64,000 nucleotides of DNA from the human T2T-CHM13v2.0 reference genome, Homo sapiens (GCF_009914755.1 NC_060925.1), one strand, 5' to 3'; numbered from the stretch's first letter, positions 41,259 through 57,474 are shown. The notes: generated by a model from the letters alone, not told the origin. Translations and numbers: made by a program.

Positions 41259-42960
41259 TCATAGGAGCAAAGAGGTTGTTCTTACCCAGGAGCTTGAGTG
41301 CTTCATCCTTCCTAACAGGCGGCAATGCAGAGGGCACAAAGACAAATGCAGCAGGATATTAGTTGCATGGTGAGATAGTGCTGTTGTTTTCTTTTGATTG
41401 GCTTCTTCTTCTTGATTTCCTAGGTTAAACAGAAGGAAAGTCTTTGGCTAACAGGAAGAAAAGGGAATAGTTGGGAAAATAATCTATGAAATGGTCTTTT
41501 GAGAATAAGAGCTAAGAGTGTTGGTTGGCTAGATAAACACAGTAGATTTCTGGGTAGCACTGAGAGCCCGCTTCGGTGGCCATAATTATAACATGAGACC
41601 AGTCAGCATAGTCGTAAGTTTTATCAGCTACATTTAGCAGTTCATGTATAGGTAGGCATGGAATAGACAAAGAGTTGGATTTAACAAAGATGTGTGTATA
41701 TACGTGGCGAAAGATAAAAGAGGGAAGAGAGTTGAGAATATACACAAAGGAGTGATTACAGTAATGGACCATGGAATATAATTCAGCCAAGGAATGAAAA
41801 GAAGCCTTTGAGGATGCTAGAAAGTGAAAAGTTGGTCAGGTATAAAGGTTAAAAGTCTAAGTAGGTTTGACAATTCATTAGGGAAAGAGACTAGAGCAAG
41901 TATGAGTGGGTGATGCCTAATATTGAGATTATAGAAGGAATACTATGCCCTGGAACCTAATTTTATTAGTAACTGCATTCCCTATGTAATCACTTAATGG
42001 CAATGAATGAGGGGGAGTAACAAGAAAAATAAACTGCAATGAGGACAGGTAGTGGGTGCTAAGAGTCCAGTGGTTCTGGCTTCAAAGGAGCCAGAGATCA
42101 TTAGAGAGGATGAAGGAACAGTGTTCAGGATATCACAAGGGAGCGCCTTCCTTACTTCCATGCCCAGGAGCATGAGGGGTGGGAAATGAGATGGCCACTG
42201 CTAGAGAAGGCTGCAGGGGAAACCATGTCCTCAGGGTCAGCTATATCGTGGTTAGAACCGAAAGGCAAAGTGCACTCTTGAGAAGTAGTTGAGATTATAT
42301 GGGATTTTGCTAAGAACTGATCATGAGATCCACAGAGCACAGTGGAAGTTAACTGAAGAGAAGAGGTGAGATTAGGGGATTTACAGAGTCTGGAGTGAGA
42401 GTAGAAGAGATAAGGATGACTTTCTATTAACAGGGAGGTAGGGTATATTTGAGAGACTAGTATCTTAGACAGTTTAAAATGATTTAAAAACTCACTGATG
42501 TGATTTTTTTACTCTTAACTCTCTTCCCTCTTTTATCTTTCATCATGTATACACACACATCCTGGTTAAATCCAACTCTCCATCTATTCCATGCCTTCCT
42601 GTACGTGAACTGCTAAATGCAGCTGATAAAACTTAAAACTATGCTGAGTGATCTTATGTTATAATTATGGCCATGAGTCTCAAGCTGGCTCTCAGTGCCA
42701 CCTAGAAATCACTGTGGCATGGAGTAGGTTTTACCAAGAAGACAGAACTCTGTGAAAGCCTCTCTCCCCATTTAGTCCTGTAGGGGACTGTGTCAAAGTT
42801 GGAGAAAAATGGATCATATCAGAAAATGAAAGGTAGGCATTGGGTCTACAACTTAAAGATCCCATTTATGTTCCTTCCTGTTCCTTGACCTGACCAACTT
42901 TACACTTTCCTCACTCTTTAATGGCCTCATTTTCTTAAATTCCTTGATTCATCACTATAA

Positions 42961-44045
<1,085 letters not shown>

Positions 44046-44523
44046 TAATCATTCTCTTGCATATGTCTTCAAAATGCCCTTTGTCCCTTCTTCATGCCCA
44101 CTGCCATTTCCTTAATCTAGGACTTCATCAACTTTTACCTGATTTTCTTGCATTATCCTGTTAAGTAGTTTTCTTATTTTTATTCTCAGCTCTTCTCCCT
44201 GATTCAACCTCTAGGTTGCTACCATGAGTGCAAATCATCATATCATATTGTATCATATTGCTCCCTGCCTAAAATGCTTCAGTGGCTCCAAACTGTACAT
44301 GGGACAGAGCCCAAACTATTGTTCCCCATCCTGGGTGGCAGTGTGATGCAATGGAAAGAACATAGGCTGCAACCCAAGAGTCTGAATTCTGCCATTGCTC
44401 ATGGTGGGGCTTTGAACAAGTTGCCAAACTTCTCAGAACCTCAGTTTACTCATCCTAAAATTGTTGCACAATTAAAATAATTTCTATCTTGAAGTTTTCC
44501 ATGAGGTTTAATAATAAAGTGTA

Positions 44524-44866
<343 letters not shown>

Positions 44867-45165
44867 TTAATTCCTGTTCTTAACTAAACGATGTGACTAT
44901 TGAAAATCTGTCTCTGCTGTCTTTCTAGTTTCATTTTTAACAAGTCCTTTGGTACTTTTCTCAGCCCCCTTACTCCCTGCTCTACTCTTCACCTTCCATT
45001 CATATTGTATAACCCAATCATACCTAAATATCAGGCTTTACTCAAATATGTCATATTCTCATATCTCACTTTCCTGGCACTTGCTGTTTGCTTTACTTGT
45101 AATGCTTGTCTGTTCACCTGAATGGCTCCCCCTCACCCTTTGCTCAGCTTAAAAAGGTAACTTTT

Positions 45166-45506
<341 letters not shown>

Positions 45507-48500
45507 CTAACTCCCAAGGTAGTCAAATGCCCCTTTAGGGTTTCAAACATATGCCTCTTTTATAAGGCATATCATTTGAACTGTAAAACTGAATGTATGT
45601 CAGCTAACATGATGACTTCCACGTGAGACTATGAGGTCCTTGTGGAAGAGGCTGGGTCTTGTTCAACTATGATTTCCCACTAAAAGTACAGAGCTTCCCA
45701 TACTGTGGGCAGTGGGTAAAGGTTTGTTGAATTAATGAATGAGTCCCTGGACATGGCATTTTCCACATAGATTAGGCTCTTCTGCTCAGTGTGTATGCAA
45801 GTACATATAAGCATGCTTAGTTGAAAGAAACAGAGATCTACTCAAGGTAGCTTGAATATAAGAATAGTTTATTAAGAGAACTCTGGTGAAAAATATCACA
45901 GCTCTCCAAAGACTAGGCACTAAATCTAACCTAGGCACACGAACTTGGAAAAGTATGGTCATACTCCCAGGTTATTCTTTTTGTTTTTTGTTGAAATACG
46001 TGTCACTACTTTTTCATCTCCATCTGTGTCATCTTCTTGCTTCCCTAGTTGGAGATCTTTTATCTATTTATTCCATACTTTTCTGTACCTCGATGACTTC
46101 AACTTACATGTAACTTTGGCTTGCTGTGGAGTTGACTCTGGCTGAATATTATCTTTCTATTTTATCTCTTGGTCAATGCCACCATGGCAGAGATCACTAC
46201 TTTGTTCATCGCCATGTCCTCGGTTCCTGATATATTTTAGGTGCTTTATAATTCTTTATTATTTGAATTTTATGAGTATCTACAATCACCTTGTAAATTT
46301 TTTCTTTCAGTATCATAGTTTTCAATTCTCTTGAGAAAGAATCTGGTTCAAAGTCTACCCTTAGTTTAATACAAAGAGTTGGGCTTGCATAGTCATAACT
46401 ATGGCTTTCTGGACCTGCCTCTTAAGCAGTCTGTGGGTGGTGGAGTTAAAGGTGGTTAGACAGCCCAAACTACATTTTTTATAGTGCCTATTAATGCACT
46501 TTCCAGAATTAGAGCCACTGCCCATCTCCTCAAAAGAGGTCACCATCCTTGGAAACCACTTTTTGAAGATTCTCTAAGAACACATTGAAAGTGAGATGAA
46601 TATTCAGCTTCCACTGGGCTGACTGATCTGGGATTTTTTTCTGTCTGGGAGTACAATGGCTTCTCCCCCTAGGAAGAAAACCATGAAAAAACAAGGATGA
46701 TTTTGTTTTCCCCCACCTTCTTCTCTTCAAGTTTTCACATTTACACAACTTAGCAAGGTCTAGAGACCTGATGTGGCCTGTTCAAGGACCCATTGCTAGA
46801 CTAAGGAGCAAAGTTGTGTGTTGGCATCCCACCCCACAGTTCTGCTCACTTTATGGGATTGACATGCCCATTTTGTCCTGGCAGTAAAGTTGTCTGCCAG
46901 GGAACATTACTTTGCTCTCACACATTTAGTACTTACAGATCCATACAGCAAAGGCCAATAGCCTGGATATACACAGCAGCACATCCTTGCTAGCTAACAC
47001 TCTTTTGTTGGTGCTACGACACCTGCCACCTACCTTCCTCTACTCAGCAGCTGGCTTCCAGCACATTCATTACTCTTGAGAGAGGTGGATGGAGTTGGGA
47101 TGGGGTATTCTGCTTACCTACTCTGCCTTGGTGGAGGAAAAGTTCCCCAGCATATCTGCCTGTTTCTTGTTCCCCTAAGCAGATGTACATTTACTACCCT
47201 TACTTAGCAACTTCTTTGCACTAACATGGACATATGCACCTTTTTGTTTATTTAATGTATTCCTTAAGACCTCACTGAACATCCCCCTCTGTTGGAAGGT
47301 TTACCCAAATTGGCACACACCTCTATTGCAGAATTTGTCACTTTACATTGAGGATGTTTACATGCCTATCACCTTCCTGACACATACACTCACCAAGACA
47401 CTAGGTCTTAGAGCAGCAGAGACTCTGTGGCAGGTACACAGCTCCAGGTCCCTTTAGAGTATTGTCTGGCATGTGGCAAGATTTTTCATAAAATACTTGA
47501 GAGGTGAAGGCAGACTTACATGGTTTAGTGGGAAACAAACTTACTCAACTAAGAAGACGGGATTGGTTTTGGCCTTGATGCTGTCTATTTCTATGACCTT
47601 GAGAAGTCATTGAACTCTATTTCTGTCATCCACGATGCATATTACCAACTATCTGACTCACCTGCACACAGGGCTTACATTCAGCTGATGTGGTTACATC
47701 AGTTTTTAAAATATTGAAACACTTCTATACAGCCAGTGAATAGTCTTCACTCCAACCCCCATGTACTACCCTAACCACATATACTCCTCCCCTGCAGCCC
47801 CCGGATTTCCTTTTGATGGTAACCAAAGGGAGAGTATACCTGAGGAGGCCTCTAGAGCCCTGCCCTGGCACTAGGGCTGCCATCCCTTCTGATGAGTTAA
47901 TGTGCTTCTGTTCTACCTGCTGATAAATACTGTGAATATCACTCTTGGCTCTGCCATAGGGTTGGGGTATCACCAAATGATACAGAGCACAGCAAGCACT
48001 TTGCACACTGTGAAGGGTTGTATACATAGACATCCTGTCCATAATTCCCCAGAAGGGATTAGAGCCACAAAGAAGGGAAGGAGCTTGTTTCTAAATTACA
48101 GCTCACCCTCTATTTAGTTGAAGGCTGAGGAAGGACTTGGTGGGGAGGGCTTGACATGCTCACAAGCTGACTGAAGGGAGTTCACACAAAAGTTCAGGTG
48201 GACCCCAGGATGGAAAAAGAGTTTCTCACAAAACCTCCTTAAAAGTGACTTGTCCGAATTCCTCACTGCAGCAGCCTGGGATTCAATTTGCAGCTTTTTA
48301 AAGCACGTACACCATCAGCTCTGTTCTCCCATCCCTCTGATTGCTCACAATTAGAAGCCCATTTCACTCTGCTCTTAGTTTGCAGGTGTCCCCTTAGGTA
48401 GGACAAGAGCAGCCTGAAAGTGGACGGTGGAGGGTGGGGAGAGCAGACTGGCTGGAATGAGGGTTTGCATGATCTGGTATTTATGGAAAATTGGAAGTGC

Positions 48501-51500
48501 TAATGAACCTGAGATCCATCAGGGCTTTCTCAAGGCAGGATGGTCTCTGTCAACAGACCAATTAGCACACAATTATTAGCTCTTTCTGAAAGCTTATCTG
48601 AGGCATTCTTTGAACAGTGTGTGCCTGAGTGAACTGCACTCTCCATTACCTGTATAGGCTCTCTTTATAATCTGCCAAAGCTGTCTGCCTCTTCTACAAA
48701 GAAAAGTGCAGGATTCTCTTGAACAACCCTCCAGAGATGCTGAGGTTTTCCTCACTTTGGGGCAAGGGGTGGGGGGGGGGGGTTCTCAAGCTATTCTGCT
48801 TACTCAAGTCAGTACTCAGGCAATAACTGCAATGGGACCCTCTCCAGCTCCCTCTATTCTTTTCACCTCCTTTACTTCTGAAGGGAGAAGACAGTGTGTC
48901 AGAGCAGAATAGCAATGAAAAGCACTATGACTCTGGAAACTAGTGAAACTTGAGTGGGCCTTTCTCACTCTGTGGGTTTTTCACTCTAACAGGAAATGAG
49001 CATGAGGATCATGGTCTTTGTCTCCTAATTCCCATCCTTGTGCCACAATTAAAGTGAAGTTACTCACACCCTTTTAATGACTTACCTAATTGATTGTCCT
49101 CTTGTGGGACTGACCTTTAGAACAGCAGAGTAAAGGTCAGAAAATTGCATCAAAGATAGCCCAGCATGATGAACAAGATGATGGTGGGGGGCGGGAAGCA
49201 GATGCATTGGTGGCAGGCAGGGATGGGGGAGGGAGAAGTGGGGGGAAAGGAAAGCTCCTATTGTGGCTATTCTCTAGCCTGTCCTCCTCTTTGGGTCACA
49301 TCTTATTCCCACTTAAGGCTTGTTAGCTTCCTTCTTTCCTGGACCTGGTTGGTGAGTGACCAAGTCAGGAGTAAGTGGATGGAAAAGCCAGTGAAAAACC
49401 CAATGACGACGGAGTGGGCAGCTTACCTGTAGGCAGGGACAGGCAAGCCTCCAAATACCATACCCCTGTGTCCCACCTCTGTCCTTCAGCCCACCCTACC
49501 CTAGAGGGGCAAACTTCCCCAGAGTAGCTGGGACAGTTATTGGCCATGGCTCTTCATATGGGGAATTCAACACTATATAGAAAGTGAAGACTTCACCTTG
49601 AAATGAGGCTGCCTCTGCTTCCCCAGTCCAGTCTGACCAGTAGCCAATCACCCACTCACCCAATAAAGAAACATGATTCAGCACCTGTGTCCACATGTGG
49701 AGGGAGGCAGGCTCATGTGTAACAGCCAGAACACTGGGGTTGTTTAAGTACATTTCCACTTGTCTCTAAGCTCCTTACTGGCCATGACTATGTCTTATTC
49801 ATCTGCGAGTTCCAAATGCTCCTTGAATATTTGTTAAATGAGCAAATGAGTAAATAAAAGAATGAATGAGTGAACCAAATAAATCTTATCCTTGCAGGTG
49901 ACTGTATGACCTGGAATAAGTCATTTAACTTATCTGAGCCTTGGTTTCCTAATCTGCATTGTAAGGATAATCAAATTGATCTGAAGTCAGTACAATTTGT
50001 TTTGCTCAATGTTAACATTCTGAGGAGAGAAGAGATCACTAAAATATGTTGGGTGGACTGGTCTGTTTAGAATACTTGTGTTTGACAGTGATGGCATGTA
50101 AAGGGTTTAGACTCTATTTTCTGCAGTCCTTTGACCTACCTGCTCAGGAGACAAAAAGGTATTGAACTGGAGTCTGAGGACTCTAAAGTTAGAATCCTGT
50201 TTCTGCTACTCAACAGCTCTGTGGTCTCAAGGACTGTAACTCTGAACCTTACTTTCCTCCTTGGAGAGTGATAGTAATGAGATTTGTCCCAGAGAGTTCT
50301 TGGGAAAGTTAAGTGGGATGCTCTTGGAGGAAGAATTTGGAAAACTGTAGAGAAGCTGTCCCTGCCCCTGGCGTGGCCTCGGTCTAGTTCTCCCTGCTGC
50401 CTCTCATGCTCTGTGTCTATTGCTACCCCTTGGTATTTGTGTGGGGTAGCACAAAAGAAATACCTTTCTTTATTCAATTTCCCCTCCCTTCCCTGCCACC
50501 CCTACTCATTCTTGAAAATGAATTCATGGCTTACTTCCTTCATAAAGCCTTCGTGGACTACTTCAAGCTACAGGAATCCTTCCTGCCTCTCTCCCGACTG
50601 TTTTTGCTCAGCATCACACAATCTCTCACTTTATCACTCTGCTCCATGTGTATTTTTTAAACCTAGGTCTACTAAACTCCCTTGAAGAATGTCCCTTACA
50701 CTTTCATATTCACCATGGTAACAAGGCAGGGTGCTAGACACATGCACTATGCACTTCCAAGCTGTGTGCTGCAGAGATCACACTGTCCCTTCTCCTTTTC
50801 CTTGTAGTACATTTCCTCTCTTCCCACCTGTCCACTCCCTACTTCTCCTTAGGAACCAACACAGATGGTGCCTCTTCTGCTACTTCCTCTCTTGTTTCCC
50901 TTTGTTTAGAGCTGTGCTTCCTTAGAGCTCATCATGATGTGGGCTTCTACTGTGACTTGGATGTCTATCAGTCAGCTGTGTATGCACCTACCTGCCCCAC
51001 AGGGTGTGATCTCCTGGAGGATGCAGTACACAATGTGTACATTGTTGCACACACCTCCCTACCCTGAAAAGCCTGGAATGTATTATACATGCATTCTCTT
51101 GTTTATTGAGTACCTACTGTGTGCCAGAAACTGTGTTAATTGCTGTCGACAACATGGTGAGCAAAATAAATATGAGCTTCCCTCTTTGGAGCCTATAGAG
51201 TGTAGGATTCAGACATGGATCACATACTTGCAGAAAGGGATGCAAAACTGCAACTCCTGTGCCTGCTGCAAAGCAGGGGGGCCTGAAGCCAGAAGAGGAC
51301 GTCAGAGGTATCAGAGTGGGCTTCACGATTAACTTCAGGAAAGGTGCACTATAAATGTTTGAAGAATTGTATGGAATTAAACAGTGGCTGCTCAATAAAT
51401 ACTTGTTGATTGATTGTTGGCAAAGACTTCAGAGATCCTGAGAAAGGGCCGCAGGTCCCCATCATTCTTATTACATAATTATTTTAGTGCATTTAAAGCT

Positions 51501-52176
51501 TCCCATTTTTCATCTTATACTTTAAACATCAGGGAAAACTGATGGGCCAACTTTATAATATTTTTAAATGACTCTATGGTGTTTTGAAATATTACATGGC
51601 TATAAGAGTTTATGTATATTTAATATACTTATTAAAATATGCAGTAAGCCCATAGCTGATTTTCTCTAAGGATGTCTCAGTGCCGAGGTGGGACTTAAAT
51701 GTTTAATACTAATACTAATACTCATAACTCATATTTCTCTAGTGCTTTTCATCTTTAGGATCCGTAAAGTCTGTGAGTACCACATCAAGTGGATGCAGCT
51801 GGGCTTTCCAGCAGGCTGACAGGGACCACATATGGCCTCTTGCCTTCCTCTGGAGGGAGAAGGGGTGACTAGAGCTTAAGGTTTCACTCCTTCTCCAGCA
51901 TTCTCCGCCTTTCCAGACACAAATTCCCTTTAGCTCTCTCTGAAAGGCTCTTACTTATATATAACTGCTGCTGCCAGCTATATGTAACAGATACTCACTG
52001 CCTCAGGCCAAGGAAGAAAGTGACTTTATACCTCTGGAGTACGAAAAGGGACGTATCACTTCTACAGCTGGTCAAGGACAGGATGTGGAACCTGAGATGG
52101 AGCAGCTGGAGAAGGGAAGTATAAAGGGAGTCTCCACTTGTTATCTAAACCCACTCCCTACTCCTTCCTTCTCTAG

Positions 52177-52282
52177 GTCACCGAGACCAGGACCGGTCCT
52201 CTGGGCTGCAGCAACTATGACAATCTGGACTCAGTCAGTTCTGTCTTGGTACAGAGTCCAGAGAACAAAGTACAGTTACTTG
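52177..52282 (+). CDS. BRINP2: BRINP2 exon 5
   Basis: Not in frame in the ORF track; read by hand. Acceptor ccttctctAG; [35 protein letters not shown]; donor G|GTAAGC; 106 nt. Confidence 0.95.
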
Positions 52283-54886
52283 GTAAGCAGCACTATGATG
52301 GTTTTCATACCTTTCACACCTGATTTAAAAAAAAAAATTCCTAGATCAAATAGCGGGAAAAAATTCTGCCTGTTCCATTTGATCAAACCTTTCTTAAGAC
52401 AAGAACTACCACAAGTTCTGGAACCTGTATTTAACAACTTTCCATCATGTTTTAAGAAACCTTCTGGTATGGTTTGTCCTATACCCCAGACCCATTGCTT
52501 ATATCACATGACACCTCAATCATCCCACTTCACATTCCATCTCAAGTCCTCTGTCACAATCCTATAAGAAACAGCATACCCATCCTTATAAGAAGCCTTT
52601 ACCTAGTTCAACGATCTTCATTTCCCAGAAAACCCTCTGCTTTATCCTAAAGACACATTGAGTAATAGCTGGCCTTTACAGAGTGGTTAGAAGACTACCA
52701 TCTCCAGCTCAACTAGGATCTGTACAAAGTGGGGGACCACTACTTACTGGAACCACAGTTTGAAGGTGGCCCCTGCTTTCTGTTATTTGTCTGTGATCTT
52801 GCACATGGGCAATTCAAAGTCAGGAGATGAGTTTGAGAAGAATAAGACTTTTGATCTGAGACAGAACAAGCAAAACTGTGAAAGATAAAGGAAAGAAAAC
52901 CACACTAACCCTGGAGGCTGAGGGCTAAGGGGAGACGTGCATCTCTTGCTGTCTGTTCCCTGCAGGCATCCTGGGGGCAGGGCTATGCAAACTGATTCAG
53001 TGGGAAAACTTTATTTTTCTCAAGGCCTAACTGAATTGTACTCTGTTTAAGATATTATTGTCTCAGCATTACAAAATCAATAACCCTCACTCAGGATCTA
53101 CGATTACAAATTCCAGGCAACCTGAGTCAAATGCGACCCAGCAATGCTTTAGGAATTAAGAAATATATAAGAAAGAGGACTAAAAACTCGTTTATTTAGA
53201 GCTACCTAAGGCAATTAGCATTCCTCTTCACTGATGTCCCTGGATGGGCTGGGTTTGTGTCTGGAAAGTAGCAGTGAGTGAAGTTCAAAATGTCTAGTTG
53301 TTCATTTGGAATAGTTTATGCTATTTAATTTTATACCCCAACACTCATGCAGACATTTGTCGGGGCACTGATTTTATAGCATGGGAAGTGTTCTGGTGAG
53401 GAGGAGGGAAGTGATGGGGGAGGTGAAATGAAAGGACTTGGAGAGGGTGAGTGTTGAAAGCAAGCATGTGGATTGGGTGTGTGAGGGGAACCACTCAAAT
53501 GCCACAGTAGGCACAGTGCCAAGGAAGGAAAATTTAGGGGCAGTACAGAATTGGAGGTAGACCTCAAGAAAGAACAACAAACACCCACTGCTGCTAGCAA
53601 TTTTAAGTTATATTTTGAGGTCTGCTGAGACTGGGATACATACTTTGAGTTCTCTGGTTTCCTGCCAAGGACAAGGTCAAGGGCCTAAAAATAAAGAGCT
53701 GGCAGACGTTTGAGGAAAGAGGAGCTCACCATATCCAGAAGTTCTCATATTCCTCACTTTCCTGGCACAAGGTCTCACAGTGTCGCTACTGGGGAGCCTC
53801 CTGCAGATCTGACCTCGAACGTGGCCCAGACTGCATCCAAAGGCATGCCTACCCTTTGTTCATCCTTTGGTAAGCTTCCAGCAGCCGCCTTGTGAGTGGC
53901 TTGAAGCCAACTAGGAGTATGTTCTGCTGTAGGTAAACTGGTAGTTACTGCAGTTGGGTGAGAAAACTGAAGCTCAGAGCAATTTAGTGCATTCTATCCA
54001 AGATCAGAAGTTAATTGGAAGAGAGCTGAGAGCCATTCATATCTATCCAGGCATGACTGATCTCAGGGCATTGACCACCATCCCACCTTCAAATCTTCTT
54101 CAGAGTTAAATCCTATTGAAATAGGACAGCCAGTCCCAGTTATATAGTATTAGCTGATGAGACAAGGGCAGGATCTGACACTAAGCAGATTCTATGAATG
54201 CTGTGATTTGGGCAGGTCACTGTGGTCTTAGGACTTGGATTTCCTTACCTATAAAAACCTCAATATGAGCACACATGTTATTTGCAATCATATATAAAAA
54301 GTACTCAACATAGTACCTGGGCACTGTATCCCCACAATATCTGTTCCTATCTCTTAACCAGGACAGCTTCCTTGGTCATCAGAGCTAGGGTGGGGAGGCC
54401 CAGAAGGGTCAGAATTCAATAATGTCCTAGGATGCCTACTGCTAATCTCAGTTAAGCTATAAACAGGATGGCTACAGGAGGCAGGGCAAAAAGCCCATCA
54501 AACCTTGTTTTCTCACCCAAGAGGGCTGTAAGCTCTTCTTTTATCTGAAACATCTTCCTGTTTCCATCCCAGAAATGCTGATGTGTAGCCAATAAGCCTG
54601 TTCTTATGATATGCACGCTCTCAATTTGGCTGATCTGAGGGGTTTAGCTAAGCCTTGGGCTTTGATTTTCCCATCTGCATTTTCAGATCCTCCCCCATCT
54701 GTCACTGGGGCAGTAGTAGCCTTCTCCCCCAACCAGCTCAGCAGGATTAGGCCCTGTGGTGCCCATGCTTGGGCCCAGGATGCACAAGTCAGCAGAACTC
54801 CAGCTGGGATTCCTGCAGGCTTGGGCATGGGAAACTGAGTCCTCACTGGTTCTTCCCAGAGATTCCTTGACACATCCTTTCCCCAG

Positions 54887-55123
54887 GCCTTCAGGTGCTG
54901 CTGCCTGAGTATCTGCGTGAGCGCTTTGTAGCTGCAGCACTCAGCTACATCACATGCAGCTCTGAGGGTGAGCTCGTCTGCAAGGAGAATGACTGCTGGT
55001 GCAAGTGCAGCCCCACCTTCCCTGAATGCAACTGCCCTGATGCTGACATCCAGGCCATGGAGGACAGCCTGCTGCAGATCCAGGACTCCTGGGCCACTCA
55101 CAACCGGCAGTTTGAAGAGTCAG
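54887..55123 (+). CDS. BRINP2: BRINP2 exon 6 (Cys-rich)
   Basis: Acceptor cctttccccAG; LQVLLPEYLRERFVAAALSYITCSSEGELVCKENDCWCKCSPTFPECNCP...; donor G|GTGAGC; 237 nt. Confidence 0.96.
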
Positions 55124-55739
55124 GTGAGCAGCCAGAATTCCTCCCTGTCAATGAGAGGTGGCTGTGAGGTACAGAGCAAGAACATGGGGAGAACAAAACT
55201 TGAGAGTTGAGGATCCTCATGGGGATCCTGACATGACCACTTAATTGTGTCTGTGACCTCAAGCAGGTTATATCACCACCCTGAGGCTCAAGTGGTTTCA
55301 TTTTTTTCTAGGACATTGGTATTATGTCCATTTACATAGGTGTGTTTTAAGGACTTAATAAACAAAGATAAACATAATTAAGGGCACAGACCTTGTTTGT
55401 CTTTTTTGCTACTGCTTCCACAGTGCCTAGAGCAATGCTTGCACATAAGGTTCGCTATAAATATCTGTTGAATCAATGAAGTGCATAGAATGGTTCTAGA
55501 TGACATCCAATACAATTCAGTTGTTGTTTGTTGCTGTTAAAGCTAATATCAGTTACCTTGAGACCTAGATTCAAGAGAACTGGTTTTGCATCCTTGCCTG
55601 GTTTGACAAGCTTTATGACCTTGGATTAGCCGTGCAGCTTCTCAAGGTCTCGAGTTTCCTCATCTGAAAAAGAGGGAGAGTGATAATAGTGAATGGAAGG
55701 CTCACATGAGATCATGTAGATGCTCAATGTATAAAGAAC

Positions 55740-56215
55740 TCTGCATGGTATATTTGCACATTTCAACACTAAATGAATGATATTTATGTGGATATAGTTC
55801 AAAAACATGATGTTGAATAAAACAAAGCAAGACAAAAAGGTTACATTATATATATATTTATATAATGTCTTCATATAATACTATAATTTATTAAGTATAA
55901 TACATATGTAATACTATTTATATAATGTTTACAAACAGGATACCCAATACATGGTATTTTTATGGATAACTACATTTGTTGAAAAATAAAAAATATGTGA
56001 TAATGGAAAAGAAGACATCAAGAGAGTGGTTACATCTGGATAGAGAGAAAGGGAAGTTTAGGGCCCTCACATGCAGTATATTTGGTTTGCTTTATTTCTT
56101 AAAGAAAAAAAAATCTGAAGCCAATATGGCAAAATGGCAAAAACTAATGGCAGACACATGGGATTTGTCTTTTTGCTCTGCATGCTCTTCCATACACTCA
56201 AATGTTTTACCTATG
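55740..56215 (+). mobile_element. Old L1ME-like 3' fragment
   Basis: aaaacatgatgttgaataaaacaaagcaagaca...; tctgaagccaatatggcaaaatg. Confidence 0.5.
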
Positions 56216-57251
56216 CACATACTAGATGTTAGTGCCATTACTAGGCATGATTCTCCAGTCTTCTGAGGAGATGAGGAACCAGGTACATGAGAAATCAAAA
56301 TGAGCTGAGGCCCCAGGGTTTGCCATTTTAAGTCCTGGACAAGGCATTCGGTAGCGAAGGAGAATATCACATTCCAGTCCCCAGGCTCATGCTTTGGGCT
56401 ATGGTGGTGGGTTATGGTCCATAACATGACTTTGGGCCTTTACTACTATGAGTTACTGCTGATGAATAAATCAGGGCTCTCTAGACCTCTACCAGGAGAC
56501 CTGGTAGCTGCAGGTCCCAAGGAAAAGCAGAGCAATGCACAGAAACCTGAGCATGAGTTCAGAAGCCATGGTGTGCCCAGGAAGCTCTAAGGAGAACCTA
56601 GACTCAGCAGGAGCTTAGAAGCAGAAGGCAGGTTGCTTCTAAATTTGCTGTAGGGCAGAATGGATATCTGTCCAAGAGCTGAAGCTGAAAAGAGAAGAAG
56701 AGTATCTTAGTCAGAGAGGAGGACATGGGTGGGAGAGGCTGGTCTCAGGGACTGGAGGATTTATAGAAAGATTTCTGAGCTGGGTGCTGCATCTCCTCTG
56801 TGCCCACATGTGCCAGTCTGGGTGCACACTCACCTTCATGAGGGCCCCACATGTTCCATATGGGTTTTGTGGTGTTATTGAAGAGGATTGGCCTTGAGAT
56901 AGTGTTGTGGATGTCTTAGAAGGAAGTATAAAGGGGGAAAGAGATGCATCCAAGGTCATTAGCAATAGCAGGAACTCTGGCCCCTCTGAGGGTGGCAGAG
57001 ATCTGTTTTGAAATTCAGAGGCATAGGAGTAGAAAAGATGAGAAAGTTCCCGAGGCCATATTTTACAACATGTTAATTATTTCTCAATAAAGGTGTTGAT
57101 TTTTTTAAAAAAGCACCCAGGGAAATGGGTGTGCAGCCTCCTTTCTCATGCAGTAACTTTGAAGGGCCCTGGATCTGGGCAGCGTCCACTTGCCCCTACC
57201 AGAGTTCTGCATAGCTACCCGTCAGCTCAGGTCCTGTGTTCTTGTCCACAG

Positions 57252-57474
57252 AAGAGTTCCAGGCCCTGCTGAAAAGGCTGCCCGATGACCGGTTCCTGAA
57301 CTCCACAGCTATCTCCCAGTTCTGGGCCATGGACACCAGCCTTCAGCACCGCTACCAGCAGCTGGGAGCTGGCTTGAAAGTGCTGTTCAAAAAGACCCAT
57401 CGGATCGTACGCCGGCTCTTCAACCTCTGCAAGCGCTGCCATCGCCAGCCTCGCTTCCGCCTGCCCAAGGAGAG
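57252..57474 (+). CDS. BRINP2: BRINP2 exon 7
   Basis: Acceptor ttcttgtccacAG; EFQALLKRLPDDRFLNST...RRLFNLCKRCHRQPRFRLPKE; donor AG|GTGAGC; 223 nt. Confidence 0.96.

Noticed and set aside
52085-52567. 160-aa ORF over exon 5
   Set aside because: Wrong frame; the BRINP-homologous reading ([18 protein letters not shown]) is in another frame bounded by splice sites.
54604-55101. Antisense ORFs over exons (also 8349-8741, 35613-36141, 59314-60244)
   Set aside because: Expected shadow ORFs of GC-rich coding exons, with no independent homology.
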